The notes: generated by a model from the letters alone, not told the origin. 64,000 bases of DNA from an uncultured Trueperaceae bacterium (GCA_963799485.1 CAWCXJ010000008.1:32001-96000), one strand, 5' to 3'; positions 9,111-19,568 are shown, counted from the first letter of the stretch. Numbers and translations: made by a program.

Positions 9111-10043
9111 ATGAAGTGGGAAGACAGGGGTCGTAGCCGTAACGTCACCGATAACCGGGGGCGTAGTGGCAGAGGCGTCGGTAGGGGTGTCGGCGGCGGT
9201 ATGGCGTCTTTGGGCGTCGGCGGATTTTTGATCGTGCTGGTTTTGAGTCTGGTTTCCGGCGTCGACCTTTTCGGGCTGTTCGGGATCCAGTCGCCGCTTC
9301 AGGGCGGCACGACCCCAACGCAAACCCAGTCACAACCACAGTCACAACCAAAGCCTCAAAGTGGTTCTATACGAACGCCGGGCGACGCACAGAAGGTCAG
9401 CTTCGTCTCGGCGGTACTAGACGATTCGCAAGCGACGTGGGCGGCAATCTTTCAGGAGAACGATATTCCCTATAGAGAGGCGCAGTTGTCGCTCGAGAGT
9501 GGCACTGTGCCCTCGGCGTGTGGCGACGTTCCCGCGTCTGCCGGGCCTTTTTACTGCCCGTTGGACGAAACGGTTTACCTCAACTTCGCTTTTTTTGATG
9601 ACCTGCGAAACCGTTACGGCGCGTCCGGCGATTTTGCCCAAGCTTACGTCATCGCTCACGAGATGGGCCACCACGTGCAGAACTTACTTGGCACGTCTGG
9701 TGAGGTGCGGCAGCAGCAACAGGCTAATCCGGGAGCTGCCAACCGACTCTCAGTTGCGCTGGAACTACAAGCCGACTGTTACGCCGGCGTGTGGGGCGGG
9801 GAGCAGACGCGGGCCGGGGCACAGCAGTCGAGCACCAGAGTCGGGTCTATTTCGCAAGCCGATTTTGAAGAAGGTATTACCGCCGCCGCCGCGATTGGCG
9901 ATGACCGCTTGCAAGCCGAGGCGACCGGTCGCGTCAACCCCGAAGCGTTTACCCACGGCTCGTCCGAACAGCGGGTGAACTGGTTCTCGCAAGGGTTTAG
10001 CAGCGGTAACCCGAGTCGGTGCGACACGTTCGCCTCGCTTTAA
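9111..10043 (+). CDS. Neutral zinc metallopeptidase (YpfJ-like)
   Basis: GPFYCP, HEMGHHVQ, ELQADC and THGSSEQR motifs; N-terminal TM. Confidence 0.93.
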   Translation: MKWEDRGRSRNVTDNRGRSGRGVGRGVGGGMASLGVGGFLIVLVLSLVSGVDLFGLFGIQSPLQGGTTPTQTQSQPQSQPKPQSGSIRTPGDAQKVSFVSAVLDDSQATWAAIFQENDIPYREAQLSLESGTVPSACGDVPASAGPFYCPLDETVYLNFAFFDDLRNRYGASGDFAQAYVIAHEMGHHVQNLLGTSGEVRQQQQANPGAANRLSVALELQADCYAGVWGGEQTRAGAQQSSTRVGSISQADFEEGITAAAAIGDDRLQAEATGRVNPEAFTHGSSEQRVNWFSQGFSSGNPSRCDTFASL

Positions 10044-11047
10044 GCGTCTTGTTCCAGCAGGGCCTGGGCGACCTCGAGCCCTGACACGTAGGCTGCCTCT
10101 ACCTTCGCGCCGCCGCACCAGTCACCGCAAAAAAACAAGCTGTCGTCTTTAAGATAAGGTTCACCGTAGGGTGTGGTCGTTTTGGCGTAACGCCAGCGGT
10201 GCAGCTGTGTCCAGCGTGGGTCGGAAAAACCAAGTGAAGCGGCGACCGCGAGCATCTCCGGGACGGCGGCTTCAGGCGTTTCCAGATGCTTTTGGGAGAA
10301 TGCAGGGTTTGCATGTAGAACCAGCACGGTCGGGTCGTCATAGGCGCGTTTACTGGTGTCGTCGGCGAGCCACGAAAGCGGGTTGGTGGGGTCTTCGACC
10401 GTAATTCCAGACCACTCCGGCGCGTCTTGCGAGTAGCCGGTCATCAGCGCCAGACACGGGGCAAACTCGACTCGGCGCAAATGTTTACGCGTTTGCGCCG
10501 AAAAGCTGTGTACGCCCAGCTCCAACGCTTGAGGAGCCGGTACGTTAAGTAAAATGCGTTTGGCGGCGTAGCGGGTGCCGTCTTCCAACTCGACCGTCCA
10601 TCCCGTCGCCGTTCGCAACAGCGCTACGACTTTAGCCGCGCGCCGAACGTTTAGGCCTTCAGCTAAAAGCTTGCCGATGGTGTTCATCCCCTCTGGAAAA
10701 GCGTAGCGCGGGTGACCTTCGGCGGGCGGACGTAACCCCTCACGCGTCAGGATGTGAAAGCCTTTTGTCCACACCTGCAACCGGCCTTCTTGAAGCCACG
10801 CCGCTACCTGCGTTTGAAAACGGGAGTCCCTGGCGGTAAAGTACTGCGCGCCGTGGTCGATCCGGGTTTCATGAACGCGTTTGGTCGCGGCCCGTCCACC
10901 GAAGCCGCGACTTTTTTCTAAAACGAGAACCCGGGCCCCGGCTCGGGTCAGCGTGCGCGCCGCCCTCAGTCCGGCAATCCCGGCCCCAACGACGAGAATA
11001 TCTGCCTGCTCCCCAGAGTCTGCCACCTTTGTATTATCGCCTGGCAC
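10040..11047 (-). CDS. Renalase-like NAD(P)/FAD-dependent oxidoreductase
   Basis: GAGIAG, GGRAAT, DHGAQYFT, HRWRYA and GDWC motifs. Confidence 0.9.
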   Translation of the reverse strand: MPGDNTKVADSGEQADILVVGAGIAGLRAARTLTRAGARVLVLEKSRGFGGRAATKRVHETRIDHGAQYFTARDSRFQTQVAAWLQEGRLQVWTKGFHILTREGLRPPAEGHPRYAFPEGMNTIGKLLAEGLNVRRAAKVVALLRTATGWTVELEDGTRYAAKRILLNVPAPQALELGVHSFSAQTRKHLRRVEFAPCLALMTGYSQDAPEWSGITVEDPTNPLSWLADDTSKRAYDDPTVLVLHANPAFSQKHLETPEAAVPEMLAVAASLGFSDPRWTQLHRWRYAKTTTPYGEPYLKDDSLFFCGDWCGGAKVEAAYVSGLEVAQALLEQDA

Positions 11048-11245
11048 CGCGCAGAGAAGTGTACGCCCGTCTGCGCTAAGGTAGAAAATAGATAGTCTGC
11101 TTAATAAGCTAAAAAACCGCTAATTATCACGTCCTGAACAAGAAAACTCGCATCATATCCGGCTGGACGCGAGATTTGTTTTCCTAGACAGTAAAACCCA
11201 CCTTATTTTTCTTTATTTCGCAGATGATTTAATGAAAAAGGTACG

Positions 11246-11268
11246 AAAAAAGGCGACCGAAGTCGCCT
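11246..11268 (-). terminator. Intrinsic terminator
   Basis: AGGCGAC-TTCG-GTCGCCT plus T-run on the minus strand. Confidence 0.85.
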
Positions 11269-11297
11269 ACTTGTAGCTACGTGACTGTTTGTACGTC

Positions 11298-12164
11298 TTA
11301 GGCTCGAGCTTCCGCTCTATCTTTAGGCGCGCCTGCCATAGCGCCAAGGGCCGCAACGATAGCACCCAAAATGAGCCCGACAAGACCCCAAAGGGCAACG
11401 CTGCCTGCTGTATCTGTAGCCGTTTCAGCCGTATTGGTGACGGTATTCTGCACGTTTTGCAACGTCTGATCGGCCTGCTGGGTGAACTGCTGGACTTGCT
11501 GGTTGATCTCCTGCTGGCTCAAGGTTGAGTTGTTCGCTAAAAAAGTCGTTAGTTCTTGCTGAGCAGCGGGTGAGGTAAGGCTTTCACCGTTCTGGACGCG
11601 CTGGACGATGCGCTGAACAAGTTCTTGACCGGTTTGCTCGGGGTTTTGAACGCCCGCGTCGGTCAAAAACTGGTTGACCTGGTTTTGTACATCGAGCTGA
11701 TTCGGGAGCACGCTTGTTGCTGCAGGAGCAACTTGGGCGACGTTTGAAAGAGTGCTGCCCAGCAAGTTGCTCACACCACCGACGAGGCTACCGAGCACGC
11801 CTGAGACAAGGTAGATGGTCGCCAGCGTCAACACGCCCCAGGTCATCAGGCCGTGAATGATGCTGTCGCCACGGCGCGGCGAACCGGCCAAGCGACCGGC
11901 GACGTAACCGCCCAAGAAAAGTGAAACCAGGTTCGTCACGATAACGGCGATAATGCTGCCGGTGCCGTTGCCCACAGGATCGTTGCTGGTAGCGGGGTCG
12001 AAGGTGTTGAGGCCGATGCCGCCAAAAAGCAGCGTCAGCAAGAGCGTGGTCATAAGGGCCAAGAGTGCCCCTGCGAGTACAGCGCCCCAAGCGGTGCGGC
12101 GGATAGGACGGTTGTCGGGTACGTCGTGGTTTGTGTCGCTGTTGACGATGATTCGGTCTGCCAT
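11298..12164 (-). CDS. YrzE-like membrane protein with a Q/N-rich helical insert
   Basis: RRTAWGAVLAG and HGLMTW motifs; four TM segments. Confidence 0.7.
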   Translation of the reverse strand: MADRIIVNSDTNHDVPDNRPIRRTAWGAVLAGALLALMTTLLLTLLFGGIGLNTFDPATSNDPVGNGTGSIIAVIVTNLVSLFLGGYVAGRLAGSPRRGDSIIHGLMTWGVLTLATIYLVSGVLGSLVGGVSNLLGSTLSNVAQVAPAATSVLPNQLDVQNQVNQFLTDAGVQNPEQTGQELVQRIVQRVQNGESLTSPAAQQELTTFLANNSTLSQQEINQQVQQFTQQADQTLQNVQNTVTNTAETATDTAGSVALWGLVGLILGAIVAALGAMAGAPKDRAEARA

Positions 12165-12402
12165 AAATGTCTCCTAGATTCTTAAAGCTTTAGCACTCGA
12201 GACAAAGAGTTTCGTCTTCGGTGATGTGCTGGTTTCTCACATGTGACTTTCACGTGACTTGCAGGACTTACGTACAAAAGCACCTTTGCGGCGCAAAACG
12301 TTACACCATACCTGCCCCCGGTTCTCCCCTGATACGCCCCGTATCCGATATGTTACAGCCTTTGCTGTGCCTTTTGCCGTGGCCTTTGTCTCGAGCTTGT
12401 TC

Positions 12403-12735
12403 TTAGCGGCGGTTCGCGCGCATCATCAGCCACGCTAACCCAAGCCCTACCAGGGTAACCGGCACCGAGTGCTGCCTGGCTAACTCACGGGTTTGCCCTT
12501 TCCAACCCTGCGTGCGTTCTAAGAACTTGTCGCCCAAGCCTTCGATAGCGCCGAAGGTGAGCTGCTGCGTATCGGCGACGGTAGTTTTGACGTCTTGCCC
12601 GAGACTCTCCGGACTCAACCTGTAGGCGATGTTGTCGACGTTGCGGCTGATGCGCGCGCGTGTTTCGGCAATGTCACGCTCGAGTTCGTCGGGGCTACGG
12701 TTGCCAGGGTCGGTGTAGGAACTCGTCGAACTCAT
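12403..12735 (-). CDS. DUF3618-like protein
   Basis: SPDELERDIAETRARISRNVDNI..RLSP; C-terminal TM. Confidence 0.8.
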   Translation of the reverse strand: MSSTSSYTDPGNRSPDELERDIAETRARISRNVDNIAYRLSPESLGQDVKTTVADTQQLTFGAIEGLGDKFLERTQGWKGQTRELARQHSVPVTLVGLGLAWLMMRANRR

Positions 12736-13316
12736 GAGCGACCCGCCCTGTAAGTATTAACCCGGTTCCCGGTTACAACAGTCGTCCGCGATTTGCCGGA
12801 ACGTTTGGGACGCGGCGCAGCTGACTTGTCCGGCGGCGTGCTTTGGGCAAAACGCACGGCTACAAGCCCGGCAACGAACAAACTGCCGACGAACAAGCCG
12901 CGGTTGCGGCTCGCAAAGGTGCGAAACTCCGTTAGGAGCGACTCACCGCTCCGGTCGTCCAAGTAGTGTCTTACAGCCTCGACTTCTCCCGCTAGACCTT
13001 CGCTCAGGTCTGCCAAACCCGTTAGTTTATCGCTACGAAACTCTCGGCTGCTCGCCTTAAGCGCCCGCGCGACCCCACCGATCTGTGAGGCGAGCTGCGC
13101 TTTTCCCTCGCCGAGCGCCCCGGTCGCCTCTTCGCGCAGGCGACCGACAAGCGTTTGTGCTTCGTCGGCGACCTTGTTCAAAACCTCCTGGCCTCGCCTC
13201 TGCGCGTCTTTGGTTACGTCTTGCGCTGCGTTTCCGAAAGTGTTGGGATCAGCCGCTTCAGCCTGACCTTCGGTTCGGACTCGAGCGGAGCCCGAATAGC
13301 TCTCAGTATGTTCCAT
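12732..13316 (-). CDS. LEA/ElaB-like membrane-anchored stress protein
   Basis: Hydrophilic helical N-terminus, then FASRNRGLFVGSLFVAGLVAVRF; AGGAG RBS. Confidence 0.65.
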   Translation of the reverse strand: MEHTESYSGSARVRTEGQAEAADPNTFGNAAQDVTKDAQRRGQEVLNKVADEAQTLVGRLREEATGALGEGKAQLASQIGGVARALKASSREFRSDKLTGLADLSEGLAGEVEAVRHYLDDRSGESLLTEFRTFASRNRGLFVGSLFVAGLVAVRFAQSTPPDKSAAPRPKRSGKSRTTVVTGNRVNTYRAGRS

Positions 13317-13495
13317 TCTGCTCCTTTCGTGTGAGTTGGGCTGCGCCGCGCGTTTTAGCTATCGTCATCACGACCACGTTTCAACCTAGTCTAATTATTG
13401 ATGAGCTGAGCTTCGTCACCGTAGTAAGGCACACGGTAAGGTCAAACGGTAGCGCCCCCCGCGTGCCCGCAGCTCGCCGCCCTGTAGCATAAAGG

Positions 13496-13720
13496 ATGGC
13501 GAAAAAGAGCAAAAAACGGGCGCGGCAGGCGGCGCGAAGGGCCGAGCGGCGAGTAGAAAAGCGGGAGACGGCCCCACCGCCGGACATGCGCTCGAGGCTC
13601 CTCAAACGTATCTTCAACGAGGCCGGAGACCGGCATGCGGAAGCGGCGCGTGACGGCGACAGGCGGCGCGAAGACGAGGCGCGCCGTGAAGAACGCGCCA
13701 GAGCCAGAGGGCAAAGGTGA
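13496..13720 (+). CDS. Small highly charged hypothetical protein
   Basis: 74 aa; TAGCAT 5 nt before ATG; GTGA overlap with the next gene. Confidence 0.5.
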   Translation: MAKKSKKRARQAARRAERRVEKRETAPPPDMRSRLLKRIFNEAGDRHAEAARDGDRRREDEARREERARARGQR

Positions 13721-14712
13721 GGGTAACCCTGTTGCCGCTGCTCGGCGCGTGGCACCTGCGTTATCCGGTCTACAACGCCGCGAGCGTGCTGGCGCTCGTC
13801 CGGGCGAGCCGACCCGAGGTGCTGATACCCGCGCCGTTAGCACCAAACGCACTCGAGACCCCGGCGTGGCAAGACACACCTGAAATCGCCCTACCGCCCG
13901 CGCTGGCGTGGGCGGAGCGGCAGGGCGTAAAAGTAGGGTCCGGGATGCTGAAGAGCCCCGATCCGGAGGCCGAAAGGGACTTTCAGCGTTACCTCGCGGG
14001 CTACCCGCAGACCCGTGAACAGCTCATGGGGCTCGAGGCGCTTTTACGCCCACTCGACGCACTTTTGCCGCAACCCCTGACGCTGGCCCGAATCTGGGAT
14101 GAAGTGATGCCGATTATAGACACCCATCAACGCGAACGTGAAGCGGCGTTCGGCGACGGCCCCGGTACCGACTGGTGGCGCGAGCGCCTGGGTGAGCTGG
14201 CGGTACAAATTGTCGAACTGCCCGAAACGCGCGTAACGGTACTCGCCGGGGTCGAGCAGCTGCCGTTTTTGCTCGAGACACTCCGCCGAGAAGGCGCAGA
14301 AGTCGTTACGCCGAAGGAGGTACCCCGTGACGCGACCATCCGCGAGCGGGCGCTGCTTGACGTGGCCTTTCGCGGCGACGCCGCCGACCCGGTGGCCCTG
14401 CTGGGGAGTCTCCGGGAGGTCGCGGGGGCCGAAGCCCGCTTTCATGAAGCCAATTTGCTGCTGCTGAACGGGCATCCTGCCGAGGCGTTGGAACGGCTCG
14501 AGGCCGCCGCAAACGGTGACTTCAGTACGCCCTACTACCTGCCGGGATATCTGCTCACACGTTTGGGCCAAGTTCGCGACCTGAGCGGCGACCGCGCCGG
14601 GGCGGTGCGCGCCTACCGGGGGGTGCTGGCTTTCGACTGGGTACCGCAAGACGCTAAAGAAGCGGCGACTGCGGGGCTCGAGACTCCCTTCGAGGGAATT
14701 CCTGCGGCGTGA
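13717..14712 (+). CDS. Hypothetical protein with C-terminal TPR
   Basis: 331 aa; RLGQVRDLSGDRAGAVRAYR TPR-like segment. Confidence 0.75.
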   Translation: MRVTLLPLLGAWHLRYPVYNAASVLALVRASRPEVLIPAPLAPNALETPAWQDTPEIALPPALAWAERQGVKVGSGMLKSPDPEAERDFQRYLAGYPQTREQLMGLEALLRPLDALLPQPLTLARIWDEVMPIIDTHQREREAAFGDGPGTDWWRERLGELAVQIVELPETRVTVLAGVEQLPFLLETLRREGAEVVTPKEVPRDATIRERALLDVAFRGDAADPVALLGSLREVAGAEARFHEANLLLLNGHPAEALERLEAAANGDFSTPYYLPGYLLTRLGQVRDLSGDRAGAVRAYRGVLAFDWVPQDAKEAATAGLETPFEGIPAA

Positions 14713-15446
14713 GCGGCAAAAAGCAGCTCAAACGGTATCAGAAAGATTTCGGTTACTCGTACAGCTTCGGGATGTTTCCAACTCTGGAATTGCTGACGCA
14801 CCGACCTGAAAACGTCGTGCGGGTCGTCGCGCACAGCAAGGGTGAAAAAAGCAGCGGGTTGACCAAGCTCAGAGCACTTTGCGCCGCCCACAGTGTCCCC
14901 TTTGAGACAAACGACCGCGCCGTCGAGCGCTTGTCGCACAAGGGCAATATCTACGTTTTTGGCGTATTTGAAAAGTACAACGCGCCCCTCTCTGTGCGCG
15001 CGAACCACCTGCTGCTGGTCAACCCGAGTGACAACGGCAACCTGGGCACTATCGTCCGGACGATGCTGGCGTTCGGGATGCGCGACCTGGCGCTTCTAGA
15101 GCCCGCCGCCGATATCTTTAACCCGCACGTCGTGCGCGCCTCGATGGGTGCGATGTTTGCGCTCCGCTTTAACTATTTTAGCTCGGTACAGGCGTACCGA
15201 ACGGCATTTTCACATATGCTGTATCCCTTTATGCTGGACGCTTCAGTGCAACTCCAAGATGCTAGCTTTAACGCGCCCTATACGCTCGTGTTCGGCCCCG
15301 AGGGGGCGGGGTTGCTGCCTGAATATGCTGAGTTCGGCGAGAGTGTCATGATTCCGCAGAGCCCGCTCGTCGAGTCGCTCAACTTGGCGGTCGCTGTGGG
15401 TGTGGCGCTTTATGAAGCCGAGAGAAAAACGGCCTCAGCTCGGTAA
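14709..15446 (+). CDS. TrmH/SpoU-family RNA methyltransferase
   Basis: DNGNLGTIVRT, RASMG, FGPEGAG and ESLNLAVA SPOUT motifs. Confidence 0.93.
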   Translation: MSGKKQLKRYQKDFGYSYSFGMFPTLELLTHRPENVVRVVAHSKGEKSSGLTKLRALCAAHSVPFETNDRAVERLSHKGNIYVFGVFEKYNAPLSVRANHLLLVNPSDNGNLGTIVRTMLAFGMRDLALLEPAADIFNPHVVRASMGAMFALRFNYFSSVQAYRTAFSHMLYPFMLDASVQLQDASFNAPYTLVFGPEGAGLLPEYAEFGESVMIPQSPLVESLNLAVAVGVALYEAERKTASAR

Positions 15447-15506
15447 ACGCTTTGGCAAACAGGCAAAACCAGCCGAAAGAACCCACACAAAAAAGAAACC
15501 ATGAAA

Positions 15507-15532
15507 GAAGGCTGCTCCTACGAGCAGCCTTC
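15507..15532. terminator. Hairpin terminator between convergent genes
   Basis: GAAGGCTGCTC-CTAC-GAGCAGCCTTC. Confidence 0.75.
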
Positions 15533-15550
15533 CAAACAGCTTAGAGAAGT

Positions 15551-15784
15551 TTAGTTGCCGTCGGTGGCGTCTTGAGCTGCATCCTGGGTTTGATCTGCTG
15601 CGTTATCGACTGCGTTGCCGGTATTGTCCACAGCGTTATTGACAGCTTCACCGGCATTTTCAACGGCGTTGCCAACCGCGTTACCTGCGTTATCGACCGC
15701 GTTGTCAGCCTGGTTAGGGTTGCACGCGGCAAGACCGAAACCTAGTACAGCAACAATCATGAGGTATTTCATAGCGTTTTTCAT
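15551..15784 (-). CDS. Small lipoprotein with 11-residue LEA-like repeats
   Basis: Lipobox LAAC; NAVDNAGNAVG/NAVENAGEAVN/NAVDNTGNAVD; start at 15784 or 15772. Confidence 0.75.
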   Translation of the reverse strand: MKNAMKYLMIVAVLGFGLAACNPNQADNAVDNAGNAVGNAVENAGEAVNNAVDNTGNAVDNAADQTQDAAQDATDGN

Positions 15785-15842
15785 ACCTTTCAACGTATCA
15801 ACGGACGTTTTCACGCACTGTAAGCGCGGGTGCAGTTGTAGC

Positions 15843-16916
15843 TTATATACGTTTTTGCGGCTGCCGGGTGAGTTCGCGCTCGAGCCCCTCCACTGCCCAT
15901 TCCCAAGTAAAGCGCTGCACGTAACCGTGACCTTGCGCGGCGAGTTGCAACCGTAAACGCTCATCTTGAAGCAGCGCCAAAACATTCTCGGCAAGTTTTA
16001 CGGGGTTTTTAGGGGGGCTTAACAGAGCTGTGTCACCGTTTACGGCGTATTCGCGGTGCCCACCTACATCGGTCGCCGCGAGTGCACAGCCGCACATCAA
16101 AGCCTCACACCCCGGCAGGCCCCAGCCTTCGGTCCAAGACGTTGCCATAAAGACGGCGCTCTCGTTATAAAGTTCACGCAACCTTTTGGGTGACGGCGTC
16201 TGCTCATAACGTATCCAGTTGGGCAGACCCTCCGGCGCGGCGGGTGCACCGAAAAGTGTCGCTCGCAGCTCAGGCAGCCGGGTTTTAACGATTTTCAGCG
16301 CCCGGGTCCCATCGGCTGACCCTTTCCAGTCGGCCCCGTGATAGAACATCGCCCGTATAGCTCGGTTTTCCGGTTGTACGTCAATCCCAAACGCCGTAAA
16401 ATCGAGGCCGTTAGGCAGATAAACCGCGTCTGCGCCCTGTTCGCGCGCAACCTCTTGCAACCACCGCGCGATCACCAGATTGTGCAGACCCAACCCAAAC
16501 GTGGCGTCTACGCGCTCTTTCGGGCCGCTCCACGTCTCGTAATGCTGAATGAGGTAGAACCTCCGGCCTTTTACGGCGGGGTAGTCGGCGACCCACTCGG
16601 CGGTCTGCCACGCGGTGGCGATTACGGCGTCGGCGTCCGGGATACCGTGCGCTGCCGGGGTTGCCCGCCACAACAGCGAAACGCCCGGGCGCAGCCTGAA
16701 CCAGTCGGGACGATAGCTTTTGTCAACGTTGCGCTGAACGAAACGCACGCCTTTTTTAAGCCGTTCGCTCGCCGAGGCCTGACGGTCGGGTTGCGCGGTG
16801 TGAACGACCACGACGCTGTGACCGCGCTCCGTAAGCCGGTTCGCGTATTCGTAAACGACCTTGAAGCCGCCGACCGGAACGCTGCCCGCCCCCGGTAAAA
16901 CAAAGGTAATGCGCAC
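15843..16916 (-). CDS. Glycosyltransferase family 4
   Basis: GGFKVVYEYAN, IATAWQTA, EGWGLPGCEALMCG; GTG start at 16916. Confidence 0.93.
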   Translation of the reverse strand: MRITFVLPGAGSVPVGGFKVVYEYANRLTERGHSVVVVHTAQPDRQASASERLKKGVRFVQRNVDKSYRPDWFRLRPGVSLLWRATPAAHGIPDADAVIATAWQTAEWVADYPAVKGRRFYLIQHYETWSGPKERVDATFGLGLHNLVIARWLQEVAREQGADAVYLPNGLDFTAFGIDVQPENRAIRAMFYHGADWKGSADGTRALKIVKTRLPELRATLFGAPAAPEGLPNWIRYEQTPSPKRLRELYNESAVFMATSWTEGWGLPGCEALMCGCALAATDVGGHREYAVNGDTALLSPPKNPVKLAENVLALLQDERLRLQLAAQGHGYVQRFTWEWAVEGLERELTRQPQKRI

Positions 16917-16917
16917 C

Positions 16918-17780
16918 TTACTCGAGCCAGCCCCGCAGGTCACGGCCTAAAAGTTTGCCCAAACTTTCGACCTCCCCCGTAAAGTCGCGCACAAGTTGCG
17001 TTTTCACGGCGGCCCCTAGCGGCATTCTCGTTTCAACCGCCGAGTTGAGCTTGTCGAGCGCCTTGTAGGTCAGCTTGTTCAGGGGTTTGGGGAGCCGGTT
17101 CACCGCCGACGCCGGGTTTTGCAACACGTTATGCAGCACACGTGAGCGGACGCGTTTGTTCTGATTGACCACCTTGAAGTTGGGCGTAAACGGCCCTAGA
17201 CCCAAAAACTTCAAAACGCCCGCGTAAACCGCCGCCGCGTCCCGCTTGAAGTCGTCGAACACGATGATGTGCAGCTGTTCGGGGGGAAAACGTCTAGGTA
17301 ACGCTGCAACTGCTCGGTATAACGCGCGGCGTCGCCGTAAAACGGAAACGCGCCGATGGCTGGGAGTTCACCCGCTTTACGTTTCGGTTCTGCGGCTAAC
17401 GCTTCTTTCAGCGTCGGGTAGGGTTCGGTGCCGTTCACCCGTTTCTGCGAGTGCAAGGAGGGGAGCATCTCGAGCGGACTCCTGACCATGGCGATAATGC
17501 CTGCGTCCGGACACACCGCCCGAATCTTTTGCGCCGCCACTTTTGAATAAAGATACGTCGCCGACGACTCGCCCACGACGTCACTCTGGACATCCTTGAA
17601 AAGTGCCGCGTAGGCGTCCGGGTCACGAACCGCAAAAGGCGCGTCTACGTCGGTACAAAAGAAGTGCGGTTCTTTGGGTTCGGACATCCACACGTCCGGG
17701 TGCTGCGCCAGGTAGCCGTGCAAGGCCGAGGTGCCGCATTTGGGTGCGCCCACCAGAAACAAGTTAGGGCGCATGGACAC
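16918..17780 (-). pseudogene. Sulfotransferase, frameshifted at a homopolymer near 17281-17290
   Basis: GAPKCGTS, KEPHFF and RSP..S motifs; one added base gives FPPEQLHIIVFDDFK and joins the two ORFs. Confidence 0.85.
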
Positions 17781-18684
17781 GCTCGCTTCTGGGCCAGGGC
17801 AACTCGCGGCCTAAAAGTCGCTCCAACTTGTCAACTTCAGGGGCAAAGCGGCGCTCGAGTTCTCCCTTTAATTCAGGGTCGAGGGGTGCGCGCGCCTCGT
17901 AGCGGACGTTGGCCCGGTCGAGCCCTTTCATCACCTTTTGCCGCAGACTGCGCGGAAAAAACACCCGGCTCAGGCGTTTGATACTTTCGGGCGGACTCTG
18001 TACAAAACTGCGCAAGAGGGCGCTGCGGGCGCGTTTGTTGGGGTTGACCACCGTAAACTCGGGCGCAAAGTCGTCGCTCACGCCTAAAAACTGTAAAAGC
18101 TGGCGGTAGGTTCCGGGCAGGTCGGCGCGAAAGTCGTCGTACAAAATGATATGCACGTTCTCTTGACCAAACCGCTCGAAGTACCGTTCTATCTGCTCGG
18201 CGTAGCGCACCGTTTCCGAGTAGAAGAGCCCGTCTACCAGATGAGCGCTTTTCGGAACGCGGCGTCCGGCTTTACGCTCAGACTCGGCGGCTAGAGCTTC
18301 ACGGAAGTCCTCGAGGTCTTCATTGCCGTTATACAAAAACTGCGAATGCTGCGAATAGAGCATCTCGGCGGGGTTCCGGAGCATCACAATAATCTTGGCG
18401 TCCGGGTTGAAGTCATAAATTTCCGCTGCCGCCGTTTTCGAGTACAAGTACCAGACCGACGCCTCCCCAAGCCGTTTTTCGCCCTCCGCGCCCGTAAAAA
18501 GCGCAAGGTAAGCCCCTTCGTCGCGTAGTGCGCCCTTGGTGATGTTCAGGTCACGCCCGAAAAAATGCACCTCTTTGATGTCGGGGATGAACACTTCGGG
18601 ATGCTTTGCAAGGTAATCGTTCATCGCGGTGGTGCCGCATTTGGGTGCGCCGACGATAAAAAAGTTCGGTTTAGGTTGGGTCAT
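17764..18684 (-). CDS. PAPS-dependent sulfotransferase
   Basis: GAPKCGTT, KEVHFF, GEASVWYL, RNP...YS. Confidence 0.93.
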   Translation of the reverse strand: MTQPKPNFFIVGAPKCGTTAMNDYLAKHPEVFIPDIKEVHFFGRDLNITKGALRDEGAYLALFTGAEGEKRLGEASVWYLYSKTAAAEIYDFNPDAKIIVMLRNPAEMLYSQHSQFLYNGNEDLEDFREALAAESERKAGRRVPKSAHLVDGLFYSETVRYAEQIERYFERFGQENVHIILYDDFRADLPGTYRQLLQFLGVSDDFAPEFTVVNPNKRARSALLRSFVQSPPESIKRLSRVFFPRSLRQKVMKGLDRANVRYEARAPLDPELKGELERRFAPEVDKLERLLGRELPWPRSERVHAP

Positions 18685-19568
18685 GGTGTCTTCTCGAGTT
18701 TGGGTGAGGTGGGCTCGAGCCAGCCCGATAAATCGCGGCCCAAGTGCTCTTCGACCCAGTGAATTTGCGGTTCGTAGTATGCTTGCAACCGTTCACGCAC
18801 CTCAGGCGGGACGTTTTCGGCGGGTGCGGTGTTGACGCGGCGCTCATCCCCGGTTTGCTCGAGCTTGGCGGGGTCGATCTCTAAAAACTCGGCGACGCGT
18901 TTAAGTTCTGCGCTCGGCTGCGTCACCACGTCGTCGTAAAAGATGTAAAGCCGCTGTTTTGCGGGAAAATGCGCCTCCCAATTGGTCAGTGTCAGCGGGT
19001 AGTCGCCGCGTAACAGTCGCTCGGGGTGCAGCGCGGCCCGCATCAGCCGTTCAACGTCTTCCGGGCTGAGCGCCTCGCCCTGATGCCGCTGCCACGAATA
19101 CCGTAAACCCGACCAGGCGCGCTCAACCGGGTTGCGGATGAGCAAGATGATTCTTACGGCGGGCAGGTGCTGTTTAATCTGACCAACGCGCCCTACCGAA
19201 AGCGTCGAGTAGTCCGGCGTAATTTCACCCTTGACCTTATCTTTGCCGGGCGCAAATTGCTGGCTGTACCAGCGCCAGTGCGCGGGGTTTTCCGGGTCGA
19301 AATAGACCGGGCGCGTCCAGCTTGCGCCGGACACGTCGCACGGCTTGTGTTCGCGGCGTTCGTTGAAAAAGTGCAGCTCTTTAAGCTCAGGCAGGTAAAC
19401 GTCCGGGTGCTGGGAGAGCCGTGAGTGCAGCCAGGTACTCGCCGAACGCGCCGTGCCGATGCCCAAGAAGTCGGGCTTGATGAGCGGCAGGTCGGTGCGG
19501 CGTCCGGCGGCGGCGACCTCAGCGCGAAACTTCTGATTGTAGGCAAACTGTTTAAGGTGTTTTAGCAT
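18681..19568 (-). CDS. PAPS-dependent sulfotransferase
   Basis: GTARSASTW, KELHFF, GEITPDY, RNPVERAWS. Confidence 0.92.
   Translation of the reverse strand: MLKHLKQFAYNQKFRAEVAAAGRRTDLPLIKPDFLGIGTARSASTWLHSRLSQHPDVYLPELKELHFFNERREHKPCDVSGASWTRPVYFDPENPAHWRWYSQQFAPGKDKVKGEITPDYSTLSVGRVGQIKQHLPAVRIILLIRNPVERAWSGLRYSWQRHQGEALSPEDVERLMRAALHPERLLRGDYPLTLTNWEAHFPAKQRLYIFYDDVVTQPSAELKRVAEFLEIDPAKLEQTGDERRVNTAPAENVPPEVRERLQAYYEPQIHWVEEHLGRDLSGWLEPTSPKLEKTP

Noticed and set aside
15785..15994. Longer start for the repeat lipoprotein
   Set aside because: Overlaps the GT4 3' end; the signal peptide begins at 15784 or 15772.
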